64,000 nt of DNA from Candidatus Latescibacterota bacterium (GTDB lineage: Bacteria > Latescibacterota > UBA2968 > UBA8231), in contig CBDFJF010000001.1 of the NCBI GenBank assembly GCA_965248265.1, positions 1,280,001 through 1,344,000 on the forward strand, written 5' to 3'. The translations under genes and the position numbers were made by a program. The notes below the pieces were generated by a model that worked only from the letters and a program-made list of their open reading frames with translations, had not been told where the DNA came from and did no database searches. Below, piece by piece: positions 48,008 through 56,766 of the stretch. Positions within the stretch are counted from its first letter, which is position 1; each line of letters starts with the position of its first letter.

Positions 48008-49960
48008 TCAATAGACGACGGCGACCGTTCCCAGAACCTCTTCTGATTTGACGTCCGCTTTTACCTCGAGCTTGAGCAGATAGAGTCCGGGTGGCACGAG
48101 CCGATCGTCAGCGTCGGTGCCGTCCCACAGTACGGGGTGGCGACCGCTCTCGATCTCGCCCGCGAACACGACGGCGATGCGGCGGCCGGAAAGATCGTAG
48201 ACGACGACCTCGACGGGTGTCGCCTTGGTGAGCTTGAAGACGTCGAAGCGGATTTCGGCGCTATCGTTGATGCCGTCGCCGTTGGGGGTGAAGGGGTTGG
48301 GCACCGCCTCCACAGCGCCCATCAGAGCCACCCCCGCGATGTCGGTGAGAACGGTCAGGTTCGAGCGCTTGTCCTCATCCTGGAGGTTCAGCCCGGGAAA
48401 ATCGCCGGTGAGAACCATGGCGTTGCCGGGAACCGCAGGCTGGGGCAGCTCATCAGATCCCTCGCTCGACCCCCATCCGTCGAATTCGATGCCGTAGCGC
48501 AGAACCGATGTGTCGAAGCGGAGTTTCAGCACGGAACCATCTTCCGTGATGGGCGGAAAACGGACCAGGAAGCGGTTGGGATCCACGGATACGAGGGCCC
48601 ATTCTGCCTCCTCGTCTGGGTAGGGCAACGATAAACCGGCCACGTCTACTTCGAAAACCTGTTCGTCCAGGATGTCTCCCTGTGCATCGAGCTTCTGAAT
48701 CTTTTCGAGGCGCTCGATGGGGGCCGAGGTCCGGATCTCGAAGGTGTCGAATCCGCCTTCGGAAGGCTCAAAGGCCTGCACCGCGTAGACGAATTCTCTG
48801 CTCTCCCCGATTTGCGCCTGACGCGGGAAGATCTCCGCGACGAGTTGCTGGGCAACCGGCGGTGAGTGCTCGAAGGAGAGGGAATCGACCCTTTGCGCCG
48901 CCTCCAGGTCCTGGCTTTCGAAGCGGATCTCGAATTGGAAGAACTGCCGCGGGGCCGGCGACGTGATCTGGATCCCTTCCCCGTCTGCGGCCGGCCGATA
49001 GGGCTCCGACCAGGGACTCCAGAACCGCGAATTCGCGCTGCTGCGGGTGCGCACCGAAATGCCGGATTTTTCGGGACCACCGATGGCGCCGGCCGACCAG
49101 TGAATCCGGCCGAACAGTGCGCCCCGTTCGCCCTCCTCTCCCCAATCGTCGGGGCCGAAGGGCCGGGACAGGTAGCTGCCGGCCGTCACATAGCCGCTGC
49201 CGAAGAGCTCGATCTCGTCGATCTCGAAACCGCCGAGGTACTGGGACGTCAGGCGCAGGTGCTCGACGAATTGGACCGGTATGTGCATCACGGCCCGGGC
49301 CCGCGTGTTCTGCCGTTCGTGGAATCTGGCGGTGACGTTCCAGTCGGGCCTGCCCGATTCTGAGAGATTGCTCGTGCCGTCGTTGACCTGGATGTAGTAG
49401 GCCCTGAGATACTCGCGGGGAAAAAGAGAGCTCGGATAGAAGACGATGCGATTCAAGCCGAGCGGTGCGCCCAGATCGATGTCGATGTGCTCGCCAAAGG
49501 TCGAATCGGAGATCTTGCGGTCATAGACCTCCAACGCGCCACCCGACGAATACTTGGTGCCGTTGATGATGTTCTCCAGGGCCTGTTGCAGTATCTCGGC
49601 GCTTCCCCGCGGCGGCCTGCCGAGGGGACTGTTCGGAGAGGTAATACTGACTCTCCCCCCGCGGGCGCGAATCTGCGTAAATAGATCGACCTCGGGGTCG
49701 ATCTGGATCGGCACGATCCAGCCGGGCTCGGCGGCGGAATCGATGAGGTTTCCAGGGGAGCTGCCGTTGCCTGCCCAGGGGTTCTCGACCCCGCCGATGA
49801 CGACGGTGTCCAGCGCCAGGCTCCCGTGGACGAAGAAAATGATCGACCCGATAAAGCAGCAGCCAGCGATACTGCGGTGACGGGGAGCCGGAGGACAGGA
49901 TGTCCGAGGACAGGACGTCCTCGGCCTCGGGCAGCTAGTAGACGACGGAGACGATGCCAC
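48008..49960 (-). CDS. Secreted protein with C-terminal T9SS type-B-like/FlgD-Ig domain (paralog 3); start uncertain
   Basis: PNPFTPNGDGIND...YDLSGRRI...WDG...VPPGLY...VAVVY*. In-frame GTG at 49960 overlaps the upstream gene. Confidence 0.85.
   Translation of the reverse strand: MASSPSSTSCPRPRTSCPRTSCPPAPRHRSIAGCCFIGSIIFFVHGSLALDTVVIGGVENPWAGNGSSPGNLIDSAAEPGWIVPIQIDPEVDLFTQIRARGGRVSITSPNSPLGRPPRGSAEILQQALENIINGTKYSSGGALEVYDRKISDSTFGEHIDIDLGAPLGLNRIVFYPSSLFPREYLRAYYIQVNDGTSNLSESGRPDWNVTARFHERQNTRARAVMHIPVQFVEHLRLTSQYLGGFEIDEIELFGSGYVTAGSYLSRPFGPDDWGEEGERGALFGRIHWSAGAIGGPEKSGISVRTRSSANSRFWSPWSEPYRPAADGEGIQITSPAPRQFFQFEIRFESQDLEAAQRVDSLSFEHSPPVAQQLVAEIFPRQAQIGESREFVYAVQAFEPSEGGFDTFEIRTSAPIERLEKIQKLDAQGDILDEQVFEVDVAGLSLPYPDEEAEWALVSVDPNRFLVRFPPITEDGSVLKLRFDTSVLRYGIEFDGWGSSEGSDELPQPAVPGNAMVLTGDFPGLNLQDEDKRSNLTVLTDIAGVALMGAVEAVPNPFTPNGDGINDSAEIRFDVFKLTKATPVEVVVYDLSGRRIAVVFAGEIESGRHPVLWDGTDADDRLVPPGLYLLKLEVKADVKSEEVLGTVAVVY
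49891..49920. repeat. 15-bp tandem duplication
   Basis: GAGGACAGGATGTCC followed by GAGGACAGGACGTCC. Confidence 0.6.
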
Positions 49961-52073
49961 TGTGGTTTTCGTTCCTCTCGTCCGTCTCGACCGAAATCCG
50001 GTAGATGTAGATTCCCGGAGGCACGAGCCTGCCATCATCGTCGCGCCCGTTCCAATTCTCGCCATAGGTACCGCTGACCAGCGGCTCGCTCTGCAGCTGC
50101 CTCACCCGGCGCCCGGTTAGATCGTAGATCGCCAACTCGGCCGCAGCGACGTCCGTCAGGTTGAGCAGAGCATAGGACAGCACCGTCTCATCGTTGATGT
50201 CATCCCCGTTGGGCGTAAACGGGTTCGGCTGCACCTGCGCCTGACTGACCAGCTCTTCGCTCAAGGGGATGGTCACCACGACCCCCCCTCCACTGTAGCG
50301 ATCGATGGCATCCCCGCCGTCCACGAGCTGTCGCACTTCGTCGCCGCCATCGATGAATATGCGGCCCTTGAACTCCGTGCCGAATTTGACCACGGAGGCG
50401 TCGAACACCACCTGCACCCGCTTCCCGTTATCGGCGACTCCCTTGAGAGTGTCGAAGTGCACGACCAGACGATCGTCCTGGATCTCCGCATTCGGGTGGG
50501 TGTCGTCCGGGTGAAGAAGGCACGGTGCACAGATGATCTTGTCAGTGCCCGCGCTGTCAATCCGCACCAGACGCACCGCCGAAGGCTGCACGAACGTCTC
50601 GATCTCCAGGCTGTCGAAGCCGCCATCGGTGTCTCCCAGTTCGGGCAGAAGGGTGTAGGTGAAGGTGGTGTCTACCGCCGCCGGCACTTCCTTCGGGAAG
50701 ATCTCGGCGACGGCCCGGCCGGCACTGGGCGGCTTGGAAAAGTCGAACCCGATCGCCTCCAGGCGACTGCCGTCGCTGATCGTGGGAGTAAAATCGATGC
50801 GGAACTGGATGTAGCGCCGCGGCCCGGGTGAAGCGACGGGCACACCCTCGGCTCCCTTGTCGAAATCATAGGGCGTCGACCAGAAGCTCCAGTTTTCGTG
50901 GTCGTAGGTGATGGGACCGAGCTGTGCACTGTAATCCGTTTTTTTCCGTTCTCTTCCTTGGGTTCGCCCGTAATCATCTAGCGTCAATGGCTCCCCGTCA
51001 TCCGAGAAAGTCGACAATTCGTCGCCCCGCTCGGTGAACACGGAGTAGACGCTGGGGTCGGGACAGCCGCCGAAAACGCTCCCTTGGCGGTCGCATGCGG
51101 CGCCCTCCGGCGTGTCCTCGGCGCGACCTGTGCGGGTGCGGATAATGGTGCGGGCATTCGGGTCCCGCGTGCCGGTCCAGTAGAGCCGGCCCCAACTGGC
51201 CAGCTCACCGGAATTCGCAGGCCCCACGTCTTCGATGTCGAAGATCTTGGAGATATAGGTGGCTTCGGGCACGTAGCCGTCGCCGTAGATCTCGAACTCG
51301 GCGAGCTGCCAGGTTTTGTTAGGGATCAAGACGCCGGCCCTAAAGCGCTCTACGACCTCCATGTAGACTTCTCGCCCGCGCAGCAGTGGAAAGGTAACTT
51401 CCACGCTGTCCTTCTTGTTGTCGAGCTCGTCGCGGACCAGTTCCCCGTCGACGTAAAGTCTAAAAACATCGACGTACTCTTCCGTGGAGTCCGGGTGCGT
51501 GAAGAAGAGGATCCGATTGATTGGGAAAATGGCTCCCAGGTCCACGGTGGGCCGGGGTGTTCCCTCCGGGCCGCCGATATCGCCCCGGTAATTGTAGACG
51601 GTGGTGGTGTCTCCATCCAGGGCGCGATCGAAATGCCCCGGGGTGCGCTCAAAAATCCGCTCCCGTTGCCAGCCACCCCGCTCTAAATAACCCAGAGAGA
51701 GGTTGAAGTCCGGCGCGATTCTGATCGGCATCACGTGGGTCTCGGAAAAGTCCAGACTGACGATTCCCCCAGACGCCTCGTTGTATTCAGGGTAGAGGTC
51801 TGCCTCCAGACGCCCGGCCGCCTCGATCCAGGTGCGGCTGTCCACTGTCAGCGCCGGGGCGTCGGCTGCCCAGCTCTCGGCCGATTCGGGGTTGCCGATC
51901 ACCAGCATAGTGCGCGAGTGCAGGCTCGTGGCGCCGGCAAGGCCGATGACCAGGCAGGCCAACCCATAGACGAAACTCCTCCTCGCACGCATGGTGCTAG
52001 TGCCGTGTCTCAGACGTAGGCTTGTGAAGTGAGGGCGTCGAGGCATCTGAATACAGGCATTGAGACACGTCAC
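49935..52073 (-). CDS. Secreted protein with C-terminal T9SS type-B-like/FlgD-Ig domain (paralog 2)
   Basis: Signal peptide and PNPFTPNGDDIND...YDLTGRRV...WNG...VPPGIY...VSVVY*. Alternative start ATG 51992. Confidence 0.87.
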   Translation of the reverse strand: MTCLNACIQMPRRPHFTSLRLRHGTSTMRARRSFVYGLACLVIGLAGATSLHSRTMLVIGNPESAESWAADAPALTVDSRTWIEAAGRLEADLYPEYNEASGGIVSLDFSETHVMPIRIAPDFNLSLGYLERGGWQRERIFERTPGHFDRALDGDTTTVYNYRGDIGGPEGTPRPTVDLGAIFPINRILFFTHPDSTEEYVDVFRLYVDGELVRDELDNKKDSVEVTFPLLRGREVYMEVVERFRAGVLIPNKTWQLAEFEIYGDGYVPEATYISKIFDIEDVGPANSGELASWGRLYWTGTRDPNARTIIRTRTGRAEDTPEGAACDRQGSVFGGCPDPSVYSVFTERGDELSTFSDDGEPLTLDDYGRTQGRERKKTDYSAQLGPITYDHENWSFWSTPYDFDKGAEGVPVASPGPRRYIQFRIDFTPTISDGSRLEAIGFDFSKPPSAGRAVAEIFPKEVPAAVDTTFTYTLLPELGDTDGGFDSLEIETFVQPSAVRLVRIDSAGTDKIICAPCLLHPDDTHPNAEIQDDRLVVHFDTLKGVADNGKRVQVVFDASVVKFGTEFKGRIFIDGGDEVRQLVDGGDAIDRYSGGGVVVTIPLSEELVSQAQVQPNPFTPNGDDINDETVLSYALLNLTDVAAAELAIYDLTGRRVRQLQSEPLVSGTYGENWNGRDDDGRLVPPGIYIYRISVETDERNENHSGIVSVVY

Positions 52074-52085
52074 TCGATCTCCTTC

Positions 52086-55000
52086 TCAGTACGCCACGCT
52101 GACGAGGCGGACCGCCGAGTTGTCCGAGCCCACGTCGCTGTCCACGTGGACGCGGCACAGATAGAGCCCAGGCGCCACGAGCTCCCCTTCGTCGTTGTGA
52201 CCGCCGCGGCCCTGCCATACCAGGACCCGCTCACCGCCCGCTTCCTCACGGGACACCACTGCGACCTCGACGCCGGCCAGGGTGAAGAACCGGGCCTCGA
52301 TCCGGCGTGGCGCATCGATATTCGTCACGGAAAGCACGAGCCGCACCCGATCGTTGATGCCGTCGCCGTTGGGAGTGAAGGGATTCGGCGTGATCTCCAC
52401 ACCGGACAGCACCCGATGGTCGTCGATGGGGGTGAAAATGGCCGCCCCTTGACCGTCGATCTTCTCTATGGCGTCTCCGGGGTCCGCCTTCTGCCAGAAT
52501 TCGGGCATACTCGTATCGACAACCTCCGAGTTGGCCACCTCGGCGGAGAAGGTCGTGCCGCTCACGAAGATGCGGGAGCGGAAACGCAGCTCCACCACCT
52601 CACCCTCGCGCAGCACCGGCCCTCTCTGCTGGCTGCCCAGCCGGTTGTAGCTGGCCCGGTTCAGGGGCTCGCCGTCGTTGTCGAGCGCCACCTCTTCGCC
52701 GTCGAAGAGCACGCGATAGTAGCGCACCAGCCCCTGGGATTCAAAGGGAAGTTCGTTGTAGTCGCCCGCATCCACTTTGCGCAGAGTCTGGGCTCCACTC
52801 TCAGGATCGGTCGCCGTCACCTCGAAATAGTCGATGCGGCCCTGCTCTTTGACCGGGTCCAGTGGCAGCTTGCTCCAGGCCGCCTCGGTGAGTACACCGC
52901 CGGATTTGTCCAGCGGGGCTTCATCCCCCGCCCTTGCGATGCGCTGGTAAATGGGGGCGCTGTCGGCGTCGTAGTCGACGAGGCGCGGCAGTTTTATCCA
53001 CAGGGTGTCGGCCGTGCGGGTCGGGACAATGTCGAGGGGATCCCCCGCTGAATTGAAGAAGCCGCCCTCAACATCGCCCGTGAACACCTCGACTTCATCA
53101 TCTGCGACGCTTTCTTCGTCCTTCTTCACGAGTGCGTCCCTTCCGCCGACGCGCACCTCTATTAATTCCATTTCATTTTGATGCGACGCCAGCACCCGGA
53201 CCTCGTCGAAACGGCTGCTCGCATCCGGCTCGTCGTCTCGGAAGAGCGGCCGCACGAAGACGGAGAACGTGTCCGGCACGACGCTGGCGACATCGACCTG
53301 GGGGGTGACCTCCGCCAGGACCTGGCGCGCGAAGGGATCGGTGAAGTGGACGATGATCGAGTCCAGGGTGGCAACGGCATCGGGTCGGTCGGAAACCAGT
53401 CTGGCCTCCAGTTTGAGGAATCGACGCGGCGAGGGCGAGATGAATCGGTCTCCGGAGTGCTCGTACGCCCTGCTCCAGGCGCTCCAATCCACTCCCGGGG
53501 CAGAGGTCGCGAGAGAATCGCCTCTGTCACTGTCTCTGGTCCTCCGGTGCCAGTACTTGTCGCGGGTCACTTCTGTTCCATCGGTGAAGAACCACCGCCA
53601 CTCAGTCTTGACTTCGTTGCCGGTTTGCGTGCGGACTTCGATGCGGGTCCCCGGAGGGGTGTCGCCGACCCATTCCACCCGTGTCAGGGCGCGCGCCTGC
53701 CGCTGGCCTCTGCTGTCCTTGAACTCGATCAGCGGCGACGTGAGCGTCACCTGCGCGACACGGCCCTCTCCGAACACTTGCATTTGGCGGATGGCGACAT
53801 GCGTGGAAGGCGACGTGTTGGAGCCGTCGAGGTGGACGAATTCGATAAGGCGGGTTCGCAACGGTTCGAAGCGCTCCTCCGTATAGAAGAATTCGTCTGT
53901 GGTCCCGTTGCGTTCGCGTTCAGGTGGCGAGATCCTGTTCCAGAGCGGGGACCCGTCTGAGGCGGCGGAACCGTCTGAAACCCGGACTGTCCACCCCCAG
54001 AGTTCGCGTGGTGGTTGGCCTCTCTCCGATATCGGGTTAGCCAGGATGCGGAAGGTGTCCACCCAGAACAAGGCCCCCAGATCGATGATGAGCGGCCCAC
54101 CCCATTCTGCCCGGGGTTGTCCTGGTCTCAGGGCGAGGTAGAGGTAGGCGTCCCAATCGTCCAAGAAGCTGCCATTGAAAGCATTTGGCGTATTCTGGTC
54201 TTTGATGCCCCGAGGGGTAATTTGGCCACCCCTCTCGAGAATCCCGAGCGCTATGTTGTCGCCGACCGTGATGACCTGCACGTCGGCGAGGCGCGGGCGT
54301 TCCTTCCGATAGTAACGCACTGTACCCAGGCGCCCGGGCTCCTCTGTCTCGATGGTCTCGTACGCTTCGCGGGTCGTCAGAACCTCCTCGCCGTCAAAGC
54401 TCTTGAGATAGTACTCGATTCTCCCCTGCTCTTCCCGCGACAGGTCGTCTTCATAGACCTCTCGGCTCACTTCCTCGGCCCGGTCCAGGTTGCTGTCGGT
54501 CACGACGATGCGGACGTACTGTATGGGTGTGCCGGTGAAATCGGCGTCAGCCTTCGCGTCCGGTTCGAGGACAAACTCGAACTCCCGCTGGTCCCGATTG
54601 CCCCGCGTCGTGCCCCCGACGACGCGGTAGTCCAGCGGCCGCACAGCGCTCTCATACTTTAGCAACCCGGTAGAGACCAGTACCCGGAACTGCAGGAAGG
54701 GATCCCCAAGCTCTTCGTCGACGAAGCGCAGGATGATCTTTTCGGCCGAAACCAGCCGGCCCAGGTCGAATTCGATCCACCACTTGAACGAGGGCTCGTC
54801 CAGGTCCGGCTCCCAGTAAGACTCGAAGCGGTCGTCATCCCGGTCGATGACATTGCCCGCAAGCTCCAGGTTGGAGCCGGCGTTCTTGATGCCGCCAGGC
54901 GCTCGCGGACCCTCGAGGACGGTTATGAATTGGTCCTGGTCCTTGGCATCGATAATGTGGGTGAAGCTGGGCGCATCGGTGACCGCATCCACCTGCTTGC

Positions 55001-55268
55001 GGAATTCGCGAGGTACTATCAGGGCATTGGGGCCGCCGTCCTTCATCTGCACTTCCAGAACGTCCTGGCGGACCTCATCGATCGGTTGCTCCAGATTCCC
55101 CAGTTGCCACTGACTCCAGTGGCTGGCCGTGTTGACGGTGATCTGCCGCTTCTGGATGTCGATCCGGTAACCCTGGGTGAAGCCCGGATTCGACCAGACC
55201 AGCAACATCGCGGCCCCGAGGAAAGCGGCCCCCTGGGCCGCCCTCGTCATGGTGGGAAATCCGTACAT
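52086..55268 (-). CDS. Secreted 1060-aa protein with discoidin-like modules and C-terminal T9SS type-B-like/FlgD-Ig domain (paralog 1)
   Basis: Signal peptide, WWIEFDLGRL and IIDLGALFWV jelly-roll-like motifs, and PNPFTPNGDGIND...VAPGLY...VSVAY*. Confidence 0.87.
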   Translation of the reverse strand: MYGFPTMTRAAQGAAFLGAAMLLVWSNPGFTQGYRIDIQKRQITVNTASHWSQWQLGNLEQPIDEVRQDVLEVQMKDGGPNALIVPREFRKQVDAVTDAPSFTHIIDAKDQDQFITVLEGPRAPGGIKNAGSNLELAGNVIDRDDDRFESYWEPDLDEPSFKWWIEFDLGRLVSAEKIILRFVDEELGDPFLQFRVLVSTGLLKYESAVRPLDYRVVGGTTRGNRDQREFEFVLEPDAKADADFTGTPIQYVRIVVTDSNLDRAEEVSREVYEDDLSREEQGRIEYYLKSFDGEEVLTTREAYETIETEEPGRLGTVRYYRKERPRLADVQVITVGDNIALGILERGGQITPRGIKDQNTPNAFNGSFLDDWDAYLYLALRPGQPRAEWGGPLIIDLGALFWVDTFRILANPISERGQPPRELWGWTVRVSDGSAASDGSPLWNRISPPERERNGTTDEFFYTEERFEPLRTRLIEFVHLDGSNTSPSTHVAIRQMQVFGEGRVAQVTLTSPLIEFKDSRGQRQARALTRVEWVGDTPPGTRIEVRTQTGNEVKTEWRWFFTDGTEVTRDKYWHRRTRDSDRGDSLATSAPGVDWSAWSRAYEHSGDRFISPSPRRFLKLEARLVSDRPDAVATLDSIIVHFTDPFARQVLAEVTPQVDVASVVPDTFSVFVRPLFRDDEPDASSRFDEVRVLASHQNEMELIEVRVGGRDALVKKDEESVADDEVEVFTGDVEGGFFNSAGDPLDIVPTRTADTLWIKLPRLVDYDADSAPIYQRIARAGDEAPLDKSGGVLTEAAWSKLPLDPVKEQGRIDYFEVTATDPESGAQTLRKVDAGDYNELPFESQGLVRYYRVLFDGEEVALDNDGEPLNRASYNRLGSQQRGPVLREGEVVELRFRSRIFVSGTTFSAEVANSEVVDTSMPEFWQKADPGDAIEKIDGQGAAIFTPIDDHRVLSGVEITPNPFTPNGDGINDRVRLVLSVTNIDAPRRIEARFFTLAGVEVAVVSREEAGGERVLVWQGRGGHNDEGELVAPGLYLCRVHVDSDVGSDNSAVRLVSVAY

Positions 55269-55300
55269 ATGGCGTCTACTGACTCCCTCGCAGAGCGTAT

Positions 55301-55338
55301 AAGGAAAACGAGGGAGGTCGTGGAGCCCCTCCCTCGTT
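55301..55338 (-). terminator. Intrinsic terminator downstream of 55394-56260
   Basis: 11-bp stem AACGAGGGAGG/CCTCCCTCGTT (55307-55338), ending TTTTCCTT on the minus strand. Confidence 0.7.
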
Positions 55339-55393
55339 CCGTATCCTCAGAAAAGATTGCGCCTGATCGTGTTGATCGGCCTCAACCTGAAAA

Positions 55394-56260
55394 CTAGAAC
55401 CGAGACTTCAAGCGGCCCCAGGTGTTGGACTCCACCGCCGTCATCGTGCCGCCCCCGGCGGGGGTGATATCTGTATCCAGCTCGAAATCAGCAGCTCTGT
55501 CGCCGTGTGCACATGGTGCTCCGAGGTACCACCAGCCGTCGTTCGCCCAGGTGCCGTCGGCAATCTGTTCGGCCTCGCTCAGGTGGGCGTCGTCGTCCGT
55601 GACGATCATGTCCCAACCGATAGTCTCGCCCGGATCGAGCGTGGACTGGATAGAGCCGGTGTCGTTTCCGTCGCCATCCCTCTGCAAGTCGTCCCAAGGT
55701 GTGAATCTGACTTCGTAGTAATACGTGCTCTCGCCGAACTCCTCGCCGATGAAGGACGTGGCGAATTCGAAGTGCGCCGGCTCTTGGTGAAACCCGGTGG
55801 CCGGGGTATGGTCCGCACCCTCTAGCGGAGGTACCGAGATGTTCCACCATCCGTTACCGTAGTCGAAATCGCTGCCCGAGTGATCGCCGTCGGTGTAAAA
55901 CTCGATGTTGTCGTCAAAGCAGGTGCAGTTATTGGGGGTATCCCTCACGTGGAGCTGGTCGAAAACCCAGGCGGCCTGGTACAGCTGATCGCTGTTGGCG
56001 TTGTAGCCTCCGTACCAGCCAAAGTCCAGGTCGGCCTTGTCGATCCCACCCCCCGGCCTGTCAGCGTAGGCGTTCCCGGCGGCATCCTCGATCAGAATGT
56101 GGAAATAATCGGGAAGCGCCGTCCACTCGCTTATATCCCCATCGATGGTGGGCAACCCATCGTCCGGAAACTGAATTGCCAGAAATTCGCCCCCTGAGTG
56201 CGCCGACGCCGATACGGCCATGAGGGCCACGGCCAACGGCAGCAAAAGAAGCTTCTTCAT
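55394..56260 (-). CDS. Secreted CBM9/DOMON-like protein with C-terminal TAVESNTWGRLKSRF tail
   Basis: GGAGGT RBS, signal peptide MKKLLLL...ASA, and PTIDGDISEW, DNIEFYTDGDHSG, YEVR and GETIGWD motifs. Confidence 0.82.
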   Translation of the reverse strand: MKKLLLLPLAVALMAVSASAHSGGEFLAIQFPDDGLPTIDGDISEWTALPDYFHILIEDAAGNAYADRPGGGIDKADLDFGWYGGYNANSDQLYQAAWVFDQLHVRDTPNNCTCFDDNIEFYTDGDHSGSDFDYGNGWWNISVPPLEGADHTPATGFHQEPAHFEFATSFIGEEFGESTYYYEVRFTPWDDLQRDGDGNDTGSIQSTLDPGETIGWDMIVTDDDAHLSEAEQIADGTWANDGWWYLGAPCAHGDRAADFELDTDITPAGGGTMTAVESNTWGRLKSRF

Positions 56261-56309
56261 TATGCGACTACCTCCTCGGTGTTGGTTGAGACATGGAAAA
56301 TTGATTAGG

Positions 56310-56357
56310 TAACTGTGACATACATTAACTGTGACATACATTGTGATACATATTAAT
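56310..56357. promoter_or_regulatory. AT-rich 16-bp tandem direct repeats upstream of the envelope operon; candidate operator
   Basis: TAACTGTGACATACAT occurs twice (56310-56341), followed by a degenerate TGTGATACATATT. Confidence 0.55.
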
Positions 56358-56766
56358 GATGCACCGAATCACCCGCTTCTGATAGCACCTCCCTTCGAAT
56401 TCGACGTTCTCTCGCGCCAGCGGTGTTCAGGGTATACGAAGCTTCCAGAAACGATATATAGAAAGCCAGGGCGAGTCAAGGGGAATTTGAATGCGGATAA
56501 AGTCATCGTCAGCTATTGTTAATTGAGGCGTTTGACTCCATCGGAATCCCCTGTGGGCCATCCTCCCCCCGGAGGGGCGTGCACTCGTTTCTACTCATGA
56601 CTCGTTGCGCTAAGTCGTGATTTCGTTGCGCGACTATTTCGGTGCGCGATCTCGATGAGCCATAGGCGCGCTCCGGACAATTTGCCACCCGTCGCACGAG
56701 GAATTCTGCTATCTTAGCACCCACTCCTCCCCGCCACGACGAAGCCTTTCGATCCGGAGAGCCGGC

